Of a DNA stretch of 51,184 nucleotides, positions 45,212 to 51,184 are shown in pieces. Both the position numbers and the translations under genes were made by a program. The notes below the pieces were generated by a model, which ran no database searches, was not told the DNA's origin, and saw nothing but the letters and a program-made list of their open reading frames with translations. The stretch comes from a virus (taxonomy: Duplodnaviria > Heunggongvirae > Uroviricota > Caudoviricetes). The DNA lies in the IMG/VR virus record IMGVR_UViG_2585427745_000020; one strand, written 5' to 3'. Positions within the stretch are counted from its first letter, which is position 1. Each line of letters opens with the position of its first letter.

Positions 45212-47880
45212 CAATACAGACGGTTACGCAGGTTTCAGCCGCCGCACGGGGGAAATGGCCCGTTATTCTGCAGATGCTGCGTATTGATGTACCTGAAAAC
45301 GGCAGGCACGGTCCCTGCCCGAAATGTGGGGGCAAGGATCGTTTTCGCCTTGATGACCTTGACGGGCGCGGGACGTGGATCTGCAGCCAGTGTGGCAATG
45401 GTGACGGTCTGGATCTGGTTAAGCTCGTAACCGGTTACAGCGTCAGAAAGGCTGCGCAGGAGGTGGCGCAGGTGCTTAATGTGCCGGATATGCAGGAACT
45501 GCCTGTTAAGCCTGCCAGACAAAAAGCCCCTAAACGCGACATGGGTCTTACCGTGGCGGCGCTGATGAAAGAGAGCCACACGGGAGAAAGCGCCTATCTG
45601 ACAGGAAAAGGGTTCGCCGGATACCCGGCCTCTCTGACCGGAAGCGTACAGCATATCAGCGGTAAGGATTTTCCTGCCGGTTCCCTGCTGTTACCACTCA
45701 CGACCAACACCGGAGCCGTGACCGGTGCACAGCTTATCGCCCCGACGGGTGAAAAAAGCATACTGCCCGGCAGCACGATGAAAGGCGCGTTTGTGTCGCT
45801 CAGCCCGTTACCGTCTGAACCACCGATACAGGTGGTGATTACCGAAGGTTACGCTACGGCGCTGACGGTAAGCCAGCTCACTGCCGGATGCGTAGTGGCT
45901 GCCATATCTGCGGGCAACCTGCCCAATGTGGCGCAGTCGCTGCGGGCACGCTGGCCTGAGGTAAAAATTATCATCGCCGGTGATAACGATTTTCAGGACG
46001 GGGGTGAGAATCCCGGCAGAGCCTTTGCTGAACGGGCGGCAAAAGCTGTTGGCGGCTGGATGACGCTGCCACCAGGAGAGATTAAGGCTGACTGGAATGA
46101 CTTTCATCGGGAGCACGGTATTACCCGTGCCCGTGAAGCCTTTCGCAACGGTCTGGTACTGTGCGGGGAAAGCCGCACGCAACTGCCGCACGGGTTCCGT
46201 CTTACCCAGGAATATCTCTGGTATGAAAAGCAGGTACAGCGCAACGGTGAGACGGAGATCCAGAACGTCAAAATATGCAGCCCGCTGCGCGTGACGGCAA
46301 TCACCTGCGATGCCGATGGCGGTAACTTCGGACGACTGCTGGAATGGGAAGATACGTGGGGTGAGTGTCGCCGCTGGGCGATGCCGATGGAAATGCTGAG
46401 CGGCAGTGGTGAGGAACTGCGCCGGGTACTGCTGGTTAACGGGCTGTCTTATATCAGCACCACCGGTGAGGCACGCGCACGCCTGATGGAATATATCTCA
46501 CTGTGTAAACCGGAACGCCGCGTGACCTGCGTCAGTCGTACTGGCTGGCATGGTCAGGTTTACGTCCTGCAGGATGAGGTCAGCGGTGAAGGTGCAGAGG
46601 GTGTCATTCTCCAGACCACTTCCGTGCAGGGGCGTGATTTCCGCGTGTCGGGCACAACAGAGGAATGGCGGGAGCATGTATCCCGCTACTGTACCGGCAA
46701 CTCCCGCGTGGCATTTGCTGTCAGCCTGGCCTTTGCTGCACCACTGTTACGGCTGGTTGGTATGGACGGCGGCGGCTACCACCTCAAAGGGGAATCGACA
46801 GACGGTAAGACCACCACCATGAAAGCAGCAACCTCCGTCTGCGGCGGGCCTGACTACTGGCAGACATGGCGGGCCACCGGCAACGCGCTGGAGGGATGCG
46901 CCAGCCGCCGCAACGATGCCGCCATGATGCTTGATGAGATCCGGGAAGTTGACGGACGCGAGGCAGGCAATATCGCCTACATGCTGGCAAACGGTCAGGG
47001 CAAGGGCCGTGCCGGTACGGACGGTGAGCTGCGTACCCGTAAGCAGTGGCGCCTGTTGTTCTTTTCAACTGGCGAGTTGTCTCTGACCGAACATGCGGCA
47101 AAGGCCGGTGAGCGTACTTTTGCCGGGATGGAAGTCAGGATGATCCAGATCCCCAGTGATTCCGGGAAGTTTGGCGTTTTTGAGGAGCTGCACGGCTTCG
47201 ACAGCGGCAAGGCTCTGGCAGAGCATCTTGAATGGGCCACGTCCTGCTACTACGGTTCGCCGTTCCGGGAGTGGCTGAAAGCACTGACCGCTGATCTTAA
47301 CGGACTAACGGCACAGGCAAAATCGCTGATGAAGGAATATGCTGCCGCCCTGACTCCGAAAGATGCAGGCAATCAGGTGGGCCGGGCTGTGAACCGCTTT
47401 GCACTGGTGGCGATGGCAGGTGAACTGGCAACCCGTCTGGGTATCACCGGCTGGCCTGAGGGTGAAGCACTGCGGGCAACCCGCGTCTGCCTGAACGCAT
47501 GGCTGAAAGATCGCGGGCACACCGCCAATCAGGAAGATATCGCCGCACTGGAGCAGGTTCGCAGTTTCTTTACCGCGAATCAGTACAGCCGCTTTGCAGA
47601 CTGGTATGACGAGCGCAACCGCCCCGGCAATATGGTGGGCTGGCGAAGGGTGGAGAAAGGCAGTACCGCGCAGGGCACGGAAGCTGTCACTACGTTCTAT
47701 GTCATGCCGTCCGGCTGGAAAGAAATCTGCAGGGGATTTGACCCGCGCAAGGTGGCGCGTCTGTGCGCAGATCGTGGATACCTGCTGCCCTCCACTGATG
47801 GCAAACTCCAGACAACCATTCGCCCGCCAGAGATGAATCCCCGCAGGCTCTATGTCTTCAACAGCGAGGTGCCGGGTTAA
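45208..47880 (+). CDS. Primase-helicase (P4 alpha-like: zinc ribbon, TOPRIM, D5-type NTPase)
   Basis: 890 aa; N-terminal CPKCGG...CSQCG zinc-binding motif; Walker A-like GESTDGKTT; typical satellite replicase architecture. Confidence 0.9.
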   Translation: MTIQTVTQVSAAARGKWPVILQMLRIDVPENGRHGPCPKCGGKDRFRLDDLDGRGTWICSQCGNGDGLDLVKLVTGYSVRKAAQEVAQVLNVPDMQELPVKPARQKAPKRDMGLTVAALMKESHTGESAYLTGKGFAGYPASLTGSVQHISGKDFPAGSLLLPLTTNTGAVTGAQLIAPTGEKSILPGSTMKGAFVSLSPLPSEPPIQVVITEGYATALTVSQLTAGCVVAAISAGNLPNVAQSLRARWPEVKIIIAGDNDFQDGGENPGRAFAERAAKAVGGWMTLPPGEIKADWNDFHREHGITRAREAFRNGLVLCGESRTQLPHGFRLTQEYLWYEKQVQRNGETEIQNVKICSPLRVTAITCDADGGNFGRLLEWEDTWGECRRWAMPMEMLSGSGEELRRVLLVNGLSYISTTGEARARLMEYISLCKPERRVTCVSRTGWHGQVYVLQDEVSGEGAEGVILQTTSVQGRDFRVSGTTEEWREHVSRYCTGNSRVAFAVSLAFAAPLLRLVGMDGGGYHLKGESTDGKTTTMKAATSVCGGPDYWQTWRATGNALEGCASRRNDAAMMLDEIREVDGREAGNIAYMLANGQGKGRAGTDGELRTRKQWRLLFFSTGELSLTEHAAKAGERTFAGMEVRMIQIPSDSGKFGVFEELHGFDSGKALAEHLEWATSCYYGSPFREWLKALTADLNGLTAQAKSLMKEYAAALTPKDAGNQVGRAVNRFALVAMAGELATRLGITGWPEGEALRATRVCLNAWLKDRGHTANQEDIAALEQVRSFFTANQYSRFADWYDERNRPGNMVGWRRVEKGSTAQGTEAVTTFYVMPSGWKEICRGFDPRKVARLCADRGYLLPSTDGKLQTTIRPPEMNPRRLYVFNSEVPG

Positions 47881-47914
47881 GGCTTTGCGTGAGTCTTATT
47901 TATTAAGGGTAACA

Positions 47915-48103
47915 GGTGAAACAGGTGGAACAACCGTATTTTACAAGGGCTGAACCTGTTTCACCTTCTGAAATAGTGAGGTGGAACAGATGTAACGCCA
48001 GCCAATCCGCTGTTCCACCTTGTTACCCGCGATGTTCCACCGGTGCAGTGTATATAAATACTTTATAAAACAAAGCAGTAACACATGTTTCACCTGTTCC
48101 ACC
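47915..48103. repeat. Iteron cluster (eight TGTTYCACC/GGTGRAACA octamers): ori/crr-like primase binding region
   Basis: Octamers at 47915, 47924, 47957, 47980, 48011, 48033, 48086, 48095 in both orientations, with an AT-rich block (48050-48075); resembles P4 ori/crr type I iterons. Confidence 0.65.
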
Positions 48104-48191
48104 GCATCAGGGACATAAAGCAGACTGAAACAGAGGGCATTTTTATCTGGCTGGCTTTCATAGCCACGTCTGAATAACCGCAAGCGCCCGT

Positions 48192-48209
48192 TGTGCCAGC
48201 CACCACACA
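48192..48209 (+). promoter_or_regulatory. Ogr/Delta-type late promoter dyad (TGT-N12-ACA)
   Basis: TGTGCCAGCCACCACACA about 73 nt upstream of the sid-like start codon. Confidence 0.5.
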
Positions 48210-48281
48210 CTGATCACCGATAGTGTGCTTGTGTCAGCCACGACACAATTGACGTAACGAACCAACCCGACAGGAGAAGTC

Positions 48282-49025
48282 ATGAACAACACCGCAGTGA
48301 ATAACAACCTTTCCACTTTTCCGGCTGTAACGCAGCGGGCACTGGAAACCATGAACACAGCCAGAAACGCATGGCTTGAAGCACGTCGTCAGCAGAAAGC
48401 GGCAGCGGATAATATTGCGACAATCCGCCAGCGTCGCGCTGAAATGGAAGCCACGACGAACACACTGAATGAGGAGTGGCGCACGCTGTTTCGTGAAAGT
48501 CAGGGCGTGGTCTCAAAGGAAATGAAAAAACTGCGCACGGAAATTGCGCTGGGACGAGAAACGCTTGAGGATTTTGATGAGCTGCTGGCGGCTCAGGAAA
48601 GCGAAAATGCACTTTTGCCGCAGAAAGCTGCAGAATTAGCCGGAAAGTATATCCACGCGCATAATATTCTTGTGGATATTCGTGCAAAACAAATCTGGGA
48701 AGATTTTATGCAGTCGCATGGAAAAGCGCTTATTCAGACGCTGAGCCTGCTTAAATCCACAATGGGCCGGGAAGCCAGTGCCGTTGTGGGTGTGGTGAAT
48801 TCAGTTAATGACCCGGACACAGTGCTGAAAGACTTTATTCATAAACATATCACCAGACCGGCTCTGGCTAACGATGCGATGCCTGAACAGGACCCGGTGT
48901 TTAAACTGGCGGGAATTGCCCCGGATTATGCGGCGCGTCTGGATTTCAGTAATCAACTCTCTCCGGCAGCTATGCATAAAATTAAGGTTCGTCAGGAACT
49001 TGCTGAGAAGGAGAAAGCAGTATGA
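48282..49025 (+). CDS. sid: Sid-like external scaffold / capsid size determination protein
   Basis: 247 aa; RBS AGGAGA; Psu/Sid-family motif (EDFMQSHGKAL); directly upstream of psu. Confidence 0.55.
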   Translation: MNNTAVNNNLSTFPAVTQRALETMNTARNAWLEARRQQKAAADNIATIRQRRAEMEATTNTLNEEWRTLFRESQGVVSKEMKKLRTEIALGRETLEDFDELLAAQESENALLPQKAAELAGKYIHAHNILVDIRAKQIWEDFMQSHGKALIQTLSLLKSTMGREASAVVGVVNSVNDPDTVLKDFIHKHITRPALANDAMPEQDPVFKLAGIAPDYAARLDFSNQLSPAAMHKIKVRQELAEKEKAV

Positions 49026-49573
49026 CGGCCCGAGGCACGCCTGACCAGGCACTTACCAGTTTTCGGAATGCCCGTATTCTGTGGGCCGGACATAGTGAGA
49101 GCCGAAAAGCCGTTGAACAACAGATAGCATCTCTCCTTGCTGCCACAGAAAAACCAGCAGATTATGCCCGACAGCTCGAATTACTGCGGGAACGTCTGGA
49201 TGTGCTGAAATGGCAAATTAACTGTGCTGCGCGCGAATGCATTTACTCGCAGCATTTACTGATGGAGGCCTGCACAGAAGCAGCTCTCAGCAATTTTATG
49301 CAGGCGAATGGGGCAGCCCTGACATCTGCACTGGCTCCGTTCCTGAAGGGACGCGGAGGGGTTGACGTTGCGTCCCGTATATTACGCAGTGCTCTGGTTC
49401 GCCAGCTGGCAATAACACCGCCTGAAATTGCCGGGGATTATCGTGAGATCCTGGATGAATCCGGTTTGATACCTGACCCCGGGATGATTCGTGATTGCCA
49501 GGACTCTTACACCCCGGCACAACATCTGCATTTTCAGCAACGCCTGAATGACATTAACGATATACAGGAGTGA
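49022..49573 (+). CDS. psu: Psu-like polarity suppression / capsid decoration protein
   Basis: 183 aa; KWQINCAA, SNFMQANGAALTSALAP and YTPAQHLHF resemble remembered P4 Psu blocks. Confidence 0.7.
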   Translation: MTARGTPDQALTSFRNARILWAGHSESRKAVEQQIASLLAATEKPADYARQLELLRERLDVLKWQINCAARECIYSQHLLMEACTEAALSNFMQANGAALTSALAPFLKGRGGVDVASRILRSALVRQLAITPPEIAGDYREILDESGLIPDPGMIRDCQDSYTPAQHLHFQQRLNDINDIQE

Positions 49574-49851
49574 TTTTAATGGCACTTAAATGTCCGGAAT
49601 GCGGTACAGTTGCACACGCCAGAACAGCAGCCTATGAAGCTCCGTCAGTTAAACGCTCGTGGTATCAGTGCCAGAATCTGGAATGTTCCTGCACATTTAC
49701 GGCACTGGAGAGTGTGGATAAGATAATCATGAAACCCCGGCGCAATGAACAGGAACCAGACAAATCACAACCCCCGGTAAAACAACAGCAAACGCTCAAT
49801 CGCTATGGCTCCGCGTCAAAACTGTCAAGCCGTCAGCAGATTCCTGTCTGA
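49570..49851 (+). CDS. Ogr/Delta-family zinc-finger late transcription activator
   Basis: 93 aa; CPECG...22 aa...CQNLEC zinc finger as in P2 Ogr and P4 Delta. Confidence 0.85.
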   Translation: MILMALKCPECGTVAHARTAAYEAPSVKRSWYQCQNLECSCTFTALESVDKIIMKPRRNEQEPDKSQPPVKQQQTLNRYGSASKLSSRQQIPV

Positions 49852-49871
49852 TTAGAAAAAACGCCCACGTA

Positions 49872-49897
49872 ATCCCGGTCGAGTACCGGGATTTTTA
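49872..49897 (+). terminator. Rho-independent terminator after the late operon
   Basis: 8-bp stem ATCCCGGT / ACCGGGAT with loop CGAGT, followed by TTTTAACG. Confidence 0.7.
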
Positions 49898-50335
49898 ACG
49901 CCTTTTCCCTGGCTGGCCTGAGAGCGCATGAGTGCATGTCTATAGCGCATGAAAACGCATGAACCTTATGCACCATTTTTGACGAGAAAGCCCTTGTGTG
50001 GTGGCTTCTGAGACGATTTATGAGGTGCATGAAAACCAGTCTGTTAAGCGAAGCGGGCAGGCGTGCGGGGCTGTTCGCATCAACATAAAAATAACGGGCT
50101 GATATAGTTATAAAATCAAATGAACTCTTTTAGTACGACATGGGTATGTGCGCCAGTAGCAACGTCAGCCCCCAAGCTTTCTATTGTTCTTTTCTGTTGT
50201 ACCATCAATACGTACCGATTAGCTCCTAAGCATCAATATCAGTTTGAACGTATTGCTTTGAACTAATTTTTAGATGATTTTTTTCATTAAAAAATTATAA
50301 TGTTGTAGATAAAAAGAGAATCTTATAGAGGCGTT

Positions 50336-51184
50336 ATGTCAAATAAAGTTGATGTTTTTTTGAGCCGAGTTAGCCATGTATCACAGTTTGTATTGGTGGC
50401 ATTTGCTATTTTTGGATATTTTTATACAGTAAGACCAATTTACCAAAAGGAACTTTTATCAGAAGAAATTGCAAAAAAAGAAGTTGAATTAAATAAATTA
50501 AAAACAGCAATGGAAAACTCCCAAAAATTTATAGAGAATAATAAAATCTTACGAAAAGAATTGGAGGGAAGCATTGCCAAACTTGATTTACAATACAAAG
50601 AATCAGAAGAAAAATTAAATTCAATAAATTCTGAACTAAGAAAAACTTTAAATGAACTAAATAAACAAAAGACCATTTCCAAAAGAGCGGTCAATGCAAA
50701 CAACAAGAATCTTGAATCTGTTTTCTGGGAGAATTTTTCGGGGCTAGTTGGAGTAGTTTATATTTCTAAGAGCACAGATTTTGTGAACAATACACTGGGT
50801 GACGCCAAAACAGCCTATAATACTCCTAGTAATTTATATATATCTCCTTATGATGCAATTAATGAAGCATTAAAAAATGGCAATCATAACTTTATCTCAA
50901 GTTCAGAAAATGTCCCTGAAAATATCCGCAACAAAATTCTAGCAAAGATCCGTCGCGCTATTGAAAAAAATAAGATTTCATTAACAAAAAAACCTATCGG
51001 TTTTGATGAAAAAATTAATAGTCTGATAAAAACTATAGAGTCAACTAAGTTACGCAAAAATGAAAACGAAATAATGAAAAATAACACTGCAGAAAGAGAA
51101 CTATCATCTTATATTTTCCTGATAAATGGTCAATCAAGAATCCGCGCCATGGATTTCTTAAAAGACATTCAACATTTAGACTAA
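50336..51184 (+). CDS. Hypothetical AT-rich cargo protein (N-terminal transmembrane helix, long coiled-coil)
   Basis: 282 aa; very AT-rich; perfect TATAAT at 50296-50301 and RBS AGAGG upstream; stop codon is the last three bases of the window. Confidence 0.55.
   Translation: MSNKVDVFLSRVSHVSQFVLVAFAIFGYFYTVRPIYQKELLSEEIAKKEVELNKLKTAMENSQKFIENNKILRKELEGSIAKLDLQYKESEEKLNSINSELRKTLNELNKQKTISKRAVNANNKNLESVFWENFSGLVGVVYISKSTDFVNNTLGDAKTAYNTPSNLYISPYDAINEALKNGNHNFISSSENVPENIRNKILAKIRRAIEKNKISLTKKPIGFDEKINSLIKTIESTKLRKNENEIMKNNTAERELSSYIFLINGQSRIRAMDFLKDIQHLD

Larger units (their letters stand above)
40923..51184. mobile_element. P4-like satellite element integrated in tandem (right end beyond the window)
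   Basis: Integrase, AlpA/Vis-like and RHH regulators, alpha-type primase-helicase, TGTTYCACC iterons, TGT-N12-ACA late promoter, sid, psu, ogr/delta, then AT-rich cargo. Confidence 0.75.

Noticed and set aside
45235-47520. Multiple Arg/Pro-rich minus-strand ORFs inside the satellite primase gene
   Set aside because: Open antisense frames typical of GC-rich coding sequence; the plus-strand primase ORF carries coherent zinc-ribbon and NTPase motifs.

Overview
The window covers a tRNA-Arg (argW) integration locus of an E. coli-type chromosome. All homology calls below come from reading the translated ORFs against remembered reference sequences; no database search was run. Layout: (1) host gene yfdC (1-933) and tRNA-Arg(CCU) argW (1009-1083). 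(2) A roughly 40 kb, apparently intact mosaic lambdoid prophage of the P22/Sf6 podovirus type (about 1069-40938), a full-length relative of the K-12 KplE1/CPS-53 remnant. It has an IntS-type integrase beside argW and the TorI excisionase at the far end; a P22-like tailspike; the immI region (ant-position gene, arc, mnt with both operators); an AT-rich three-gene cassette at the P22 sieA position; Sf6/P22-like ejection, tail-accessory, coat, scaffold, portal and terminase genes; a lambda-type S-R-Rz/Rz1 lysis cassette, Q and pR'/tR'; a nin region; DnaB-type helicase and O-type initiator with in-gene iterons; cII, nutR, cro, cI (lambda-like C-terminal domain, different N-terminus), PL, nutL, N; and an early-left operon with cIII, kil, erf and ssb. 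(3) Directly after the degenerate attR, in tandem, a P4-like satellite (about 40923 to the window end) with its own integrase, an AT-rich 293-aa gene, AlpA/Vis-like and ribbon-helix-helix regulators, an alpha-type primase-helicase, TGTTYCACC iterons, a TGT-N12-ACA late promoter, sid, psu and an ogr/delta zinc-finger activator, followed by a very AT-rich cargo gene that runs to the last base of the window. The best candidates for an undescribed system are the three-gene cassette at 7165-8613 (middle gene resembles a YafO-family toxin), the cargo gene at 50336-51184 in the position of the P4 defence hotspot, the 293-aa satellite gene, and the 83-aa and 322-aa genes in the N-cIII interval. No CRISPR array or rRNA was seen.
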